Shown one piece after another: positions 32,649 through 43,969 of a stretch of 64,000 nt of DNA. Under the pieces are notes generated by a model. That model saw only the letters and a list, made by a program, of their open reading frames with translations. It was not told where the DNA came from and searched no databases. Source of the stretch: Rebecca billardiae RCC1528 (Eukaryota; Protista; Haptophyta). The translations under genes and the position numbers were made by a program. The stretch spans positions 3,410,001 through 3,474,000 of the forward strand of contig OZ251225.1 in NCBI GenBank assembly GCA_965240325.2, written 5' to 3'. Positions within the stretch are counted from its first letter, which is position 1. Each line of letters starts with the position of its first letter.

Positions 32649-33100
32649 GGCCCGGTGCTGCCCGCACTCGCTGCGGAGCGACCACTCGAAGATGCGCGCA
32701 GCGTGACGTGCGCAGCGAGTAACTCCTCGTCGCGAGATGCGCTCCGCCCGCAGTCGCACCCGCCGCCGCGGCGTCCGCCGCTGCGTCTGCCACCGCGCCG
32801 CCCGCCACAGTGCCGCGCCAGCGCAGGCGCAGCGCCCGACCGCTGCGGCGCCCGCCCGGCCGCTGTCACGCCCGCATTCAGCAGGCCCGGTGCTGCCGCG
32901 CTCGCCGGGCGACGAATCGATACCGCGCGCGGCGTGACGTGCGCGCCGAGTATTTCCTCGTCGCGAGATGCGCTCTGCCAGCCGCCGCGCCCGCCACCGC
33001 TGCTGCACTCGCCGCCGCGCCCGGATGCCGAGTAGCGCCCGCCCGACCATCACGCCCGCGCCGTCAGCAGGCCCGACGCTGCCGCGCTGGCCGGGCGCCG
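32649..33100. repeat. degenerate ~235 bp tandem duplication in a gene-like GC-rich relic
   Basis: GGCCCGGTGCTGCC...GCGTGACGTGCGC..CGAGTA..TCCTCGTCGCGAGATGCGCTC at ~32649-32745 and ~32884-32975; CAGCAGGCCCG at ~32879 and ~33065. Confidence 0.75.
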
Positions 33101-34026
33101 CGGTGGTCGCGGCGTTTGATGCCGTCGCAGACGGCGTGCGAAGCGCGGCGTCGGTACCCGCCCACCCTGCACGATGTTGCCGCGCTGCAACCTCAGCTTG
33201 ATCGCTGACTCCACGCCAACGCGGAGCTCGCTGAAGAGAGCCCACCCGCACAGTGGCAGTCTTCGAGCGAGCGCGGGCGCGCGTAGCTCGATCTTCAAAG
33301 AACGGAATCAAAGATACCAGCACCCGCCTATGGGGTTTGACCACCCGCATATTGACGTCGTATCAGTAGATGACCAAGAGTATATCAGCAAGTCAGTAGC
33401 TCGATAGCCGTATGATATGAGAGCGCGCGGGAACGTCGGTTCGGACTACCCGCGCAATAACATCTCGCGTCGCTTGATGAATATGAGGAGTGAACGACTA
33501 TCAAAAGAATGTTCGATATCTCAGACCTTGTTTGCAATCTGTTCAACAGGCGAATCTTGACTATCAGAAAGGTAGCTAGAGATGTCTTTGTCCTATTCGA
33601 GTTCGATTTCTTCTATTACTTACTATCCAAGGATTAAGGAGCAGTACAAACGCAATCATGAGCAGCGATATCGAGTCAAATGCGGATTTCACACCTAAAT
33701 CCACCTACAAAAATCCCCCAAATCCTGCGCGCATCCTCTTTTTTGATTTTGCGGAGCACGTGCGCCGCCCCCCCCCGGCTTTCGCTCACGCTCAGACCTT
33801 TCGGGGGGGCCGTGCGCCATAAGGACGAGGTGATAATTTTCCTTTGATCGACGAGTTTTGGACGCGATGACGAAAGGTAAAATGAGTTTCCTTTGATCAA
33901 TGACGAGTTTTGGACGATGAAAAGTACACCCCTTTAATCTTTATATATATATATATATAATTAAATATTGATGATGACGAAAAGGTCCATCTGGCCCGCA
34001 TTAGAGACTCACGATCGCCATGTTCA

Positions 34027-37000
34027 TCAGCAGTACCGTTTCATGCCTTGGACGACTGGAGTCGGCCGCATGCCGCCCATCGCAAGCTTAGGCCGCCTGC
34101 TCGCCGGGCTGAACACGAGCATCCGCCCAGGCGCGTGTGCTGTGGACGTGCTGCGGCGCTGCTTCGCGTGCGCAGAGCGGTGAGTCGAGACCTCGGGCGT
34201 CGCGCAGTCACTGCTGCTGGGGCTGCCCACTGTGGCCCTGCCTCCGTCGCAATCTCCATGCGCAGGCAGCAAGCTCGCTGGCTTTGCTAGCTGGCGCCAG
34301 CTGGTCGGGTGCCCGTCATCGCCAGAGCGCGCCCGCAGCGTCACGCCGCCACCGCCCAGGTTTCGCTTGATGTGGGCAAAGGCCTCGCGCCGTTGCTCCT
34401 CCGAGGGCGAGTACCACGCGCCATTGCCATCAGCTGGGATGCCGCCTGTCGACGACGGACTCAGCGCGGCCAACGCCCCGAGTGCGGTGGCAGACGGGCG
34501 GGCCACTGCGTCACCTGCTAAGAGCTCAAGGCGTGCCGGGGCAGTGCGGCTCGCATGGCGCCCAGCCGAGGCGGTGGCGGGGCGTCGCGGCGCGCCGAGC
34601 AATGGGGGTGGCGTACCTTGCCCATGCGGGGCATGCCCGTGACGCATCCCGACCGTCGCGCTCGCTGGTCGGGCGTGCGGCACCGCCGCAGGAGGTTGAT
34701 CTGAGACGGCGTGCGCCGCTGCCGCTGCGCGCACCGCCGCTGCGACGCGCACGCGAACAGAGCTCGCAAGCTGGCTGGCGCGCCCGATCATCTTCGCGTG
34801 GCTGTCGCCGTGCATCAGCTTCGCCAGATCGCTCGCATCGATGCGGAGGACCTGCGCACTCGTCTCGGCGACGACGCGCCATGGTGCCCCGCGCGTAGCC
34901 ACAGAGATCTGCTCTCGTGTCTCAGCGCACACCGGAAAGCCAGGGCCGAGAACAGCGACAACGAATTCCCGAGGCCCGCTTGCCGCAGCGTCGAGGGCTC
35001 GGGGGGAAAGCTGTGCGGCACTCTCGGCAGGTGAAGCCCGTGGGAGCGGGCGGGTGCCACTCGCTCCGTACCCGTGCGGCGCGCTCGTCTTGGCCGACGC
35101 CCACGCGAGCGAAGCGCTGCGTTCCGCCGCCTCTGCATCGACGCGTGCTGCGGCGACAGCGTCAGCGCGAGACACAGCGAGCGAACCCTCGCCGCCGATG
35201 AGGACGGTGACCTGGACAGGGTCACGCCCGCGTGCGCTCGCAAGCTCGGTATGGCGTGTGATCTGTGCTGCCTCGAAGAAGGGCGCAATGCGTAGCAGCT
35301 CGTTCTCCGCGTCATGCAGCGAGCGCTCACGGACCCTCGTCTCGGTGCCGCGTGCCAGCCGGGCTGCGCGCACGTGTGCAGCGTGACTCGCTGCGCGCAG
35401 CGGCCCTGGGAACAGGCTCGTGCGGAGCAGTGCAGATGCAATGGCGCGGAGTGGCCTCTCCAGCGCGGCGGCGGCACCAGACGTGTGCAGCACGAGCCGG
35501 GGCACGGCGACCACCTCACAGATGCCGCTCGCTCGCGAAATCGTGTCCATGGGCTCGGCCTTGAGAGCGGACACGAGGCCGCAGGTGTCGCCCGGACTGA
35601 GAATGCACGGCATGCCGAGCACGCGCCACAAGTTGCCAGTCGTGGCGCTGGGCGGCGGCGCGTCACGCGCGCCGCGCCGAGAGCGAGAAGCGGAGAAGCC
35701 CGCTGAGGTCGTGCGCGCCGATGTGGCCGAGATGGCGAGTGGGTCGAGCATGCGATCACGCCCAATCGAGCCAGCGCCAAATCGGCCGTGCGCCGGCAGC
35801 ACGCTGATGTAGCGCGTGGCACGCAGCTCGCCCGCAAGCACGACGATCAGGTCGTCGCTGCCGAAGCCCAGCTGGCTTCCACGCCCGTGCGATTCGCGCT
35901 CGGTCGCGCTCGGGTTGGTGGGCGGCATGATCACGGGCGGCGCGCACACGCGCGTGCCATCGGTGGCCCTCGCGTACACCATCGCTGCGCAGACAGCTCT
36001 GGATGCCTTCTCGCCGATGCGCTCAAAGAATGGTAGCCGGCTGACCCGACTGAGCAGTACGGCCACGTCTGCGTCTGTGCGATTCGCCGGCCGCTTAGAG
36101 CACGCCGCATCAAACTCCGCATCGTCTCGCGCGCGCGCGAGCGCTGCCGAGTCGAGCGCGAGGAAGTCGGTCTTCGCAAGAGCAAAGAGCTCCGTGCTCA
36201 CGCCTCGCGCCAAGATGGTCGCGTTGCGACGCACACCGTCCGTGAGCAGAGCGGCCTCGCCCACGAGCGCGCCGGGGCCGAGCGTTGCGACGCGGCGTAG
36301 TGGCTTGAGCATCTCCGCGCCTCGTCGCGTCGTCGATTGCCTCAGCAACTCCCAGCGCGCGCACATGCGCTCGTGCGCACTGGGAGCATGCAGCTGAGGC
36401 GGCGGGCGCTCGTGCGCATGAATGAAGATGTCGAGCCCGCCGCTCGCGACGAAGACGCACTCCGTCGCTTCCTCACCGTGCCGCATGAGGAGCTGGCCGT
36501 CGGCACACCATCGCTGCCGTAGGTGCACGGCCAATCTGAGGAGCGGCTCGCGTGGCCAGTCGGCGAAGAGGCGGCACGAGCGCAGGTGCTGCGCGCGCCG
36601 TGCCATTTCCCGCGCGAATGCCGGCGCGAGCGCGAGCTGCACGGCGTGGATCGGAAGCTCGAGGACCCACACGCGCGTGCATGCGGCCGTCATGCCGTCA
36701 TCGTGCCCCGATGACGAGCCCCCCTCACTGCCATCGTCCACGAGGGCGATGGCCGTCGCTTCTGAGCGCTCCCAGTGCTCACTGATGGCGAGCAGGCCAA
36801 ACGCATCGCCCCGCCTGAGGATACGCCGATGACGGCTCTCTACCGACCCGCCGAGAATGGCGCCACCGTCGTCCGCGGCGCCAGCAGGTGAGGCCGTCGA
36901 CGAGGAGATCCGTGGCTCCTCCAGTGCGATCGCTCCCTCCACCACGATGCGAACCGCGTCTGGTGACGCATCTGGATCCACCACGACCGGCGCGAGCGCG

Positions 37001-37197
37001 CCGCTGCAGTCGTACGCAACGCACGCTGCAGAGTGGAGCAGTCGGTCGAGGTCGTCGTCCTCCCCGTCGAGGAAGGCGATCACGCTCGCGGCTACGTCGC
37101 GCACGATCGAGCGCAGCGCCAGGCGTGCATCAGGCGTCCGGTCCCAAGCAGGCGTGCCCAGCAGCGCGGCTAGCGTTTCCGCCTGCTGCTGATGCAT
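34027..37197 (-). CDS. protein with multiple cyclic nucleotide-binding (cNMP) domains
   Basis: Repeats of the cNMP fold: VRIVVEGAI..ILRRGDAFGLLAI; CVFVASGGL..VATLGPGALVGEAALLTDGVRRNATILA; LIVVLAGEL..ILSPGDTCG; VTVLIGGEG..VAVLGPG. Confidence 0.8.
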   Translation of the reverse strand: MHQQQAETLAALLGTPAWDRTPDARLALRSIVRDVAASVIAFLDGEDDDLDRLLHSAACVAYDCSGALAPVVVDPDASPDAVRIVVEGAIALEEPRISSSTASPAGAADDGGAILGGSVESRHRRILRRGDAFGLLAISEHWERSEATAIALVDDGSEGGSSSGHDDGMTAACTRVWVLELPIHAVQLALAPAFAREMARRAQHLRSCRLFADWPREPLLRLAVHLRQRWCADGQLLMRHGEEATECVFVASGGLDIFIHAHERPPPQLHAPSAHERMCARWELLRQSTTRRGAEMLKPLRRVATLGPGALVGEAALLTDGVRRNATILARGVSTELFALAKTDFLALDSAALARARDDAEFDAACSKRPANRTDADVAVLLSRVSRLPFFERIGEKASRAVCAAMVYARATDGTRVCAPPVIMPPTNPSATERESHGRGSQLGFGSDDLIVVLAGELRATRYISVLPAHGRFGAGSIGRDRMLDPLAISATSARTTSAGFSASRSRRGARDAPPPSATTGNLWRVLGMPCILSPGDTCGLVSALKAEPMDTISRASGICEVVAVPRLVLHTSGAAAALERPLRAIASALLRTSLFPGPLRAASHAAHVRAARLARGTETRVRERSLHDAENELLRIAPFFEAAQITRHTELASARGRDPVQVTVLIGGEGSLAVSRADAVAAARVDAEAAERSASLAWASAKTSAPHGYGASGTRPLPRASPAESAAQLSPRALDAAASGPREFVVAVLGPGFPVCAETREQISVATRGAPWRVVAETSAQVLRIDASDLAKLMHGDSHAKMIGRASQLASSVRVRVAAAVRAAAAAHAVSDQPPAAVPHARPASATVGMRHGHAPHGQGTPPPLLGAPRRPATASAGRHASRTAPARLELLAGDAVARPSATALGALAALSPSSTGGIPADGNGAWYSPSEEQRREAFAHIKRNLGGGGVTLRARSGDDGHPTSWRQLAKPASLLPAHGDCDGGRATVGSPSSSDCATPEVSTHRSAHAKQRRSTSTAHAPGRMLVFSPASRRPKLAMGGMRPTPVVQGMKRYC

Positions 37198-37320
37198 TGC
37201 TCCACCGCACCGTCATTAATGAAGTCGCCGTGCGTCCGGTCCGTCCGGTTGCCATTCGAACCTGCAGGTGTACCTGTACGTACAAGCAAGGGCGGTGTAC
37301 AAGCACTGTACTTGTACTGT

Positions 37321-37453
37321 TTAACCAAGTGTGCACGTTAAAACATAGTAAACTGTACAGTCAGCAAGGTGAGTACCTGATCGGAAGGTGCACTTATTTC
37401 AACTTACTATCACGCCTTAACCAAGTGTGCACGTTAAAACATAGTAAACTGTA
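37321..37453. repeat. two identical 37-bp direct repeats separated by 59 bp
   Basis: TTAACCAAGTGTGCACGTTAAAACATAGTAAACTGTA at 37321-37357 and 37417-37453. Confidence 0.95.
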
Positions 37454-37582
37454 GCACGGGCAGCCACCATTGCAGCCACTGACGGCCGGGCCGGGCCATT
37501 GCCGCAGCGCCAGTGCTCACCACCCGGACCGGCTTTGTCCTCCGCGCCAAACGGTGATGGCGGAGGCGGGCGCCAAACGGTG

Positions 37583-38764
37583 ATGGCGGTGGCGGGCCGA
37601 GCGAGTGGGCCGCGCTTGCCCATTGAGCTGACCATCGCGCTGCTCATTGCTCGCGGGGCGACTGCAGCGAGCCAGGATGGGCCAGACACGGCTTCATGCC
37701 GCACGCTCCCGCGCGTGATGCTGCTGGGCTGCATGAAGTGCGCGTCCACGTCGCTGCATGACGACCTGTGCGAGCACCTTGGACTGGTGCCCGGCCATGC
37801 GCCTCCTGGGAGCGACCGCGGCAAAAGGCACGGGGGCGTGGTGAAGGAGATTCACTTCTTCGATGGTGCCAATAAGGATACGTTCGATGACGCCGCCGCC
37901 GAGGCGTACGCCGCGTACTTTCCCCGCCGATGCGGTGCCGCCCAGAAGCGCGCGATCGATGCCACACCGGCGTATTTGGCTGGTTTGTCCATCGCGGAGC
38001 GCATTCACACCTTCTACACGCAGCACGAGGGGCGCACGCATCACCTGCGTTTCCTGGTGATCCTGCGCGAGCCGCTTCAGCGCCTGCTGTCATTCTACAA
38101 CATGGTCCGGCGCAGGGCGGGGGGAAAGACACACACGGGGAGGATCATCGAGGAGCTGCCGCCGCCCGACGCGTGGGCTAGGGCGGCGCTCGAGCAGGCA
38201 CGCGCGTGCGCCATGCTGATAGGCACAGCCATCGCTGACTTCGACGCGCTCAACTCGACCTCGTGCATCGGATGGGTGACCCCCCTCCGCCAGGGCTTGT
38301 ACGCCCCGCAGCTCGCGCGGTACGCGCGCCACTTCTCCGCGCGCCAGCTGGCGGTCGTGTCGCATGGCGGCTTTGCGCGCGAGCCCGCAGCCGTGCTCTG
38401 CGATCTCGCGGACTTCCTCGGCGTGCCGCCGTCGGACGATTTGGGATGCAGGGCTCACGCACCGCGTGACGATGGGATGCGGCAGCTGCAGCGCGCGAGG
38501 AGCGCCGCTCGGTTGTTGAGTGCACGCAGCCCCCACCAGGGCGCGCAGCCGCATGGGTTTGCGCGGCGCAACGACCCCGGCCAGAAGCGTTATTTCTTCT
38601 CCGAGCGCGTGCAGGTGCTGCTGCGCCGCTTCTATGCGCCACACATGCGGCACTTCGACGAGCTGCTATGTGAGCCCAGCATGCAAGAGCTCACATTGAC
38701 GCCTTTCGGTGGGCGAGCCCCTTGCGAGATCGCCAACTCTACGCTCTTCTTCTCGGGCGGCTGA
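37583..38764 (+). CDS. sulfotransferase (HS3ST/NDST sulfotransferase-domain-like)
   Basis: LPRVMLLGCMKCASTSL, KEIHFFD, DATPAYL, LVILREPLQRLLSFY, GLYAPQLARY; N-terminal hydrophobic segment. Confidence 0.87.
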   Translation: MAVAGRASGPRLPIELTIALLIARGATAASQDGPDTASCRTLPRVMLLGCMKCASTSLHDDLCEHLGLVPGHAPPGSDRGKRHGGVVKEIHFFDGANKDTFDDAAAEAYAAYFPRRCGAAQKRAIDATPAYLAGLSIAERIHTFYTQHEGRTHHLRFLVILREPLQRLLSFYNMVRRRAGGKTHTGRIIEELPPPDAWARAALEQARACAMLIGTAIADFDALNSTSCIGWVTPLRQGLYAPQLARYARHFSARQLAVVSHGGFAREPAAVLCDLADFLGVPPSDDLGCRAHAPRDDGMRQLQRARSAARLLSARSPHQGAQPHGFARRNDPGQKRYFFSERVQVLLRRFYAPHMRHFDELLCEPSMQELTLTPFGGRAPCEIANSTLFFSGG

Positions 38765-39012
38765 CTCTGGCCGGACTCATGTCCGTCGTGGCTGATAATG
38801 ACGAAGCTATCTTGGTGCCAGCCCGGTCGGGCAGCCGGGGCCATCGTTGATCGAACTGCTTGTTTTGGCAACGGCATCCTACCGCTACGCTGCTACGCAG
38901 CACGACTCAGGAGCAGCGCCGTAAGCCCGTCGTGGGTCATACCTTCCGAGATTATATTCAGCACGGGCGCCGTCGCTCAGCAGGCGAGTTGACTACTAGA
39001 CTGCTGTTATAG

Positions 39013-39480
<468 letters not shown>

Positions 39481-39489
39481 ATAAGCGTA

Positions 39490-40797
39490 CTACGTGTAGT
39501 TATTCGGCCACCATGCGTTCTCGCGTGAATCGTGATCTCGTCCGCCATCAATGTCCGACGCTGCCATGCGCCGCCGTCGCCGTCTACCATCATGGCCTCC
39601 GATGCCACCAGATTGGAGCGGCGGCGGCGGCGATGCTGCCGGTGGACTGGGCCGGACTGCTGTTGGATGGGGGGCCGAGAGGGTGGGGGCGCCTGCACCC
39701 AGTCCGCCCTCAATGCACGCACCGCGCACGCAATGCGGCGCATTGCAGTAGAACGTGTCGCAGTCTGCGTCTGTCGCACACTCCACCAGGCACGCGCCAC
39801 CGCCGCTTCTGCCCTTGCGGTACACAAAGCAACCTGGACACAGCTCCGGAAGCACAACGCCGGGCGGAGGCATGGGCGAAGGTGGTGGCCGGGGTGGCGA
39901 GGGCGGCAACGGGGGCGGCGACGGCGGTGGTGGAGAGGGCGGCGGCGAAGGCGGCAAGGGCGGTGGCGAGGGCGGCGACGGTGGTGGCGGCGGCGATGAG
40001 GGTGGTGAGGGCGGCGACGGGGGGAAGGGCGGCGGCGACGGCGATTCAGGAGGGCTTGGCGGTGGCGGCGAGCGCAGCACCGCATGGCACCGGTGGACGA
40101 GGCCCTTGCCCTTCACCCAGTGCGTCCGATGGCCGCACTGCCAGCCACAGCACGCGCATCGGCACAGGAGCCAGTCCTCCCCTGCCGGGTCGTGGAAATG
40201 CCAGTTGCTCGCACACTTGTTGCCGCCGTACAGCGTGCAGCGGTGCCGGAGGCACTGGTCGCACGATTTGTGAAACATCGGCGGCGAGGATGGCGGCGGT
40301 GCTGGGGGGCGAGGCGGCCCAGGCGGGGGCGAAGGGCTCGCTGGCGGTGCCGGCGGCGACGGCGGCTCAAGCGGCGGTGTTGGTGGCGGCGGCGGCGAGA
40401 AGTGGACCCTGCACTGCGCCAAGTGGTGCCTGTGCGCATCCTTCTGCATGGAACACTGCGAGCCACAGCACGCGCACATGCACAGCTCGAGCTCGGCGCC
40501 CTGCGGATCAGAGTAGCGCCATCTCGAGGCGCAGCTTGCGCCGTGCGCGCACTTGCGCATCATGCACATGCCGCATGCTGCGCCCTTCTCCAGGAGCTGG
40601 TTGTCTGCCTCGGGCACCGGTGCGTAGCCCCACCGCGCACCGCCCGAATCGTAGATGCCAGCTGCAGGGTTGACGGCGACTCGCACGCTGAGGCACAGGA
40701 CGCACACAAGTGCGCCGACGGTGGACAGCGCAGTGCACCAACCCGCGAGCCATCGTGACGACCGCCCGGTCTGCGGGGCTCCGTGCCACGCCTCCAT
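39490..40797 (-). CDS. membrane-anchored proline-rich (PPSP extensin/pherophorin-like) protein with Cys-rich modules
   Basis: N-terminal TM (ALSTVGALVCVLCLSVRVAV), two homologous Cys-rich modules, two PPSPP tracts and a third Cys-rich module. Confidence 0.75.
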   Translation of the reverse strand: MEAWHGAPQTGRSSRWLAGWCTALSTVGALVCVLCLSVRVAVNPAAGIYDSGGARWGYAPVPEADNQLLEKGAACGMCMMRKCAHGASCASRWRYSDPQGAELELCMCACCGSQCSMQKDAHRHHLAQCRVHFSPPPPPTPPLEPPSPPAPPASPSPPPGPPRPPAPPPSSPPMFHKSCDQCLRHRCTLYGGNKCASNWHFHDPAGEDWLLCRCACCGWQCGHRTHWVKGKGLVHRCHAVLRSPPPPSPPESPSPPPFPPSPPSPPSSPPPPPSPPSPPPLPPSPPPSPPPPSPPPLPPSPPRPPPSPMPPPGVVLPELCPGCFVYRKGRSGGGACLVECATDADCDTFYCNAPHCVRGACIEGGLGAGAPTLSAPHPTAVRPSPPAASPPPPLQSGGIGGHDGRRRRRRMAASDIDGGRDHDSRENAWWPNNYT

Positions 40798-41070
40798 TCC
40801 GATGAGGGCGCTGAGGCGCGCTGAGGCGCTCGACTTCCCTGCGCTCACTTCGACGCGCGCCACGCACCGGCCGGGGCGGCGCGTGGTCCCAACGGCAGCG
40901 AGCGCGACAGTCGGGGGCACATCAGAGTACTGCGTCTCTTATTCTTAGTACAGTAAACTGTACAGTCACAGCGGATGATGAACAGTGACAGATCTATCCA
41001 TGCTGATACAGTTTTTCCTAGGTTTTAGTCGCGTGACAAAGCACACTCGGCTCAGGCTACTATCATACAG

Positions 41071-42330
41071 TCACTGCGCGGCCACCGCTTGCGTGCCCGG
41101 CCCGTGCGTCTGCGAGCGCGAGCGCCCACGCCCACGGATGGTCCGAAAGGCCTCAAGCGTCGCGTACGGCGTCCCAGTCTGCGGGTCGCGATACTTGGCC
41201 GGCAGCCCCGTGATCACGCACCGAGCGGGCGGGGGCGGTGCTGGCGCGGTCGCGCGGATCGTGTCGGGCACATCCGTCTCGATGAAGGTGAGCGTCGTGC
41301 ACCCGCCCTTCGAGTGCGTGCGCACGCGCGGGCCGGCGGGCGCGCGCGTCTTCGCATGCACAACCCGCTTCGCCTCCTCCATCCGCAGCATCGCCTCCAG
41401 CGACGCTCGGTTGATGATCTCCGTCTGCCGCGCCTCCGCCAGCAGCTCCTCCTGGGTGAGCCGTCGGAATTCCTTCTTGCGCCGCGCGCCGGCCGGCTGC
41501 TTCGGCAGCTTGGCGGCGGCTGCCTGCTGGCGAAGGCGCTCCTCGGACGCCTCGACCGATGCCTTAATCGTCGACGCGCGCAGCGACCCGCGTTGGATCG
41601 TCGCCTTCGGTCCCCCGCCATCGCGCGCCGCTGCTGCGCGCTCCTTGCGCCGCGCCGCAGCCGCCTCTGCGCGAGCCTGCGCAGCCGCCGCAGCAGCCTC
41701 GGGGTCGCGCGGGGCGGCGGCCCCTTTGCCGGCCGCCTTGGCAGACGTGGCTCCCTTTGCGCCCGTCTTCGCACGCTTCGCCGATGGGTCGACGTACGCA
41801 CCCTTGCGCTTCGAGCCCGCTGCCGCTGGGGTCTCGTCATCGTCGTCGTCGTCGTCATCGTCATCGTCTGCGCGAACGTCGTACCGCCGGCCGCGCGCAC
41901 CCAGGGTCGATCAGCGCTTGGGCGCCTCGCAGGGTGGGCAGGTGCGCCTCGCTTCGCACGCAGCAATCACGCGCATGTCGGGCGGTGGGCGCGTTCGCGC
42001 CCCCCTCCCCCTCTCCCCCCGCATGCGCGCACCCGCATCCTCATCAGAGATGTCGGAGTCCGACGTGCTCTCCTCGGACTCGCCGCTCTGGCGCACGAAT
42101 TCGTCGTCGCCCTCAGCGTCGGCCCAGAAGTCCTGCTCGTAGAACTCCTTGTCACCCTCCTCATTCTCCTCCTCCTGCGCCATCAATTTCTCCATGCTGC
42201 GCACGCGACACGCGCAGGCACAACGCGCATGAGCAGACGTACCGTGGCGGCGCGAGCCGGAGCGGAAAGCCTCGTACCGGTTGCCACGATTCGCGCGTGA
42301 AGGGAGCGCCTTGCGTTCCTCATCCCCCAT
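41071..42330 (-). CDS. VPS72: SWR1 complex subunit Vps72/YL1; introns 42197-42277 and 41868-42032
   Basis: LPSRANRGNR|MEKLM, acidic tract, LTQEELLAEARQTEIINRASL, and YL1-C domain CVITGLPAKYRDPQTGTPYATLEAFRTIR. Confidence 0.9.
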
Positions 42331-42440
42331 CGCTGCCGAACGGCTTCGCGACCGCGCGCGTCCAGTGTTCGCTCGCGCGAGGCTTGTTCGCGCAAGCAGA
42401 ACTGCGAGACGACGGCCGACCCGTCGGTCGCCGGTTCAGC

Positions 42441-43388
42441 ATGGCTGCCGCGGCCGCGCTGCGCTGGGCAGTGAACGTGGCGGAGTGGGAGCCGTCCGCA
42501 CCGGCCTGGGACTTCCTGCTCGCGCTACTGCCGGCTGATGAGCGCGAGCGAGTGCTGCGCTTCGTCTTCCGCGACGACCAGAAGCGCGCGCTCGTCAGCC
42601 GTCTGCTGCAGCGCCGATGCGTGGAGGTCGCGCTTGGTGTGCCCGCCAACGAGGCACAGATTGCGCGCACAAAGGGGAACAAGCCGTATCTTGCGGCTCG
42701 GCCGCGCGGGTCTGGTGCGCCCAACTTCAACTTCAACGTGTCGCACGAAGGCGCGTGGGTCGTTCTCGCCTCGGAGCCACTTCTGCTCGTCGGCACGGAC
42801 GTTGCCGCTCCCCTTGACGCCCGGCGCCGGCGGCAGGGCGACGGATCCACTGGGCCCGGCCGCGCCAAGGCGCTCGAGGAGATCTTCGAGAGCATGAGCT
42901 CCTCCTTCACGGCGGAGGAGTGGGCAGCCATCCGCACCCCGCCCGACGCCGTCGGTCAGGAGGCGGTCTTCCGCCGGCTGTGGTCGCTCAAGGAGGCGTA
43001 CATCAAGGCGCGCGGCGACGGGCTCGCCTTCCCGCTCGACCGGTGCGCCTTCGAGCTGCACGGCGGCGGGGATGGCGGCGAGGTGGTCTCTTCGCGCGCT
43101 GCGGCGACGCTGCGCGTGGACGGCGTGGTGCAGGTGGCATGGGCCTTCGACATTGAGCCACTTGCCGGGGGCCACTGGGTGTCGGTGGCGCGCGGGCCGC
43201 CGACAGCGGCCGTCGACGCTTGGGGTGGCTTCACTGCCACCATGGAGTGCCGCGAGCTTGGCGAGGCGACTCTCGCCGACGAGCGAGCGCAGTCGCGCCC
43301 GCCATTCAGCGTGATATGCCTGCAGGACATCGTCCCCGCCGCGCAGCAGAGCGCCTTCGCTGAGACTTTGGCACTCGGTGATGAATAG
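42441..43388 (+). CDS. Sfp-type 4'-phosphopantetheinyl transferase (AASDHPPT-like)
   Basis: RTKGNKPY, FNFNVSHEGAWV, VGTDV, FRRLWSLKEAYIKARGDGL. Confidence 0.92.
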   Translation: MAAAAALRWAVNVAEWEPSAPAWDFLLALLPADERERVLRFVFRDDQKRALVSRLLQRRCVEVALGVPANEAQIARTKGNKPYLAARPRGSGAPNFNFNVSHEGAWVVLASEPLLLVGTDVAAPLDARRRRQGDGSTGPGRAKALEEIFESMSSSFTAEEWAAIRTPPDAVGQEAVFRRLWSLKEAYIKARGDGLAFPLDRCAFELHGGGDGGEVVSSRAAATLRVDGVVQVAWAFDIEPLAGGHWVSVARGPPTAAVDAWGGFTATMECRELGEATLADERAQSRPPFSVICLQDIVPAAQQSAFAETLALGDE

Positions 43389-43969
43389 CCGTGACTACGG
43401 CTCGTCACGGTCTGAGTCTCCGTTACAAGCTAGCCGCTACTCGCTAGCTAACTCTGCCTAACTAAGACAGTAGTGATGAGAGTTCGATCGGCACTAGCAC
43501 GGCGCATAGCCGGATCACCCGCCAGGGCCCAGCGGCTGAGACGGCCGTCTCGGGCGTCCGGACATCCGCGGGCCTGCACCCTCGCCGGCCTCGCCCTGGC
43601 GCTCGGGCCCCGTCGGGGCACAGCAGGTCCATGCGAGCCGCGCAGCGCAGGTCGGGATCACGCGGACCCTCCAAGACAGACCAAGTCCAAGACCAAGTCC
43701 AGCCGAGCTCAGCCTCAAGGCTGCCACGCTCAAGTCGCGCCATTTCGGATCGCGCGGTTATTCAGGCTACTAGCTAATAGTTATTATAGTAAACTACTAT
43801 GGCTCTGCCACCAGCGCCGACTTGGCGTGTCGACGATCGGGCACACTGCCGACGACGAATCAGGAGACCTGCGCCGTAGTCCTACCTGTGTCGTTAAATC
43901 ATAGAATGAGTATGGCAGCAGTCATCGTGGCAGCATTGCTGATTCTGCCGACTGACTGTCTGACACGAG

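Noticed and set aside
37321-37453. CRISPR-like repeat-spacer-repeat (also 58841-58975)
   Set aside because: Only two units each, long spacers, eukaryotic context and no cas genes; better explained as transposon-end repeats.
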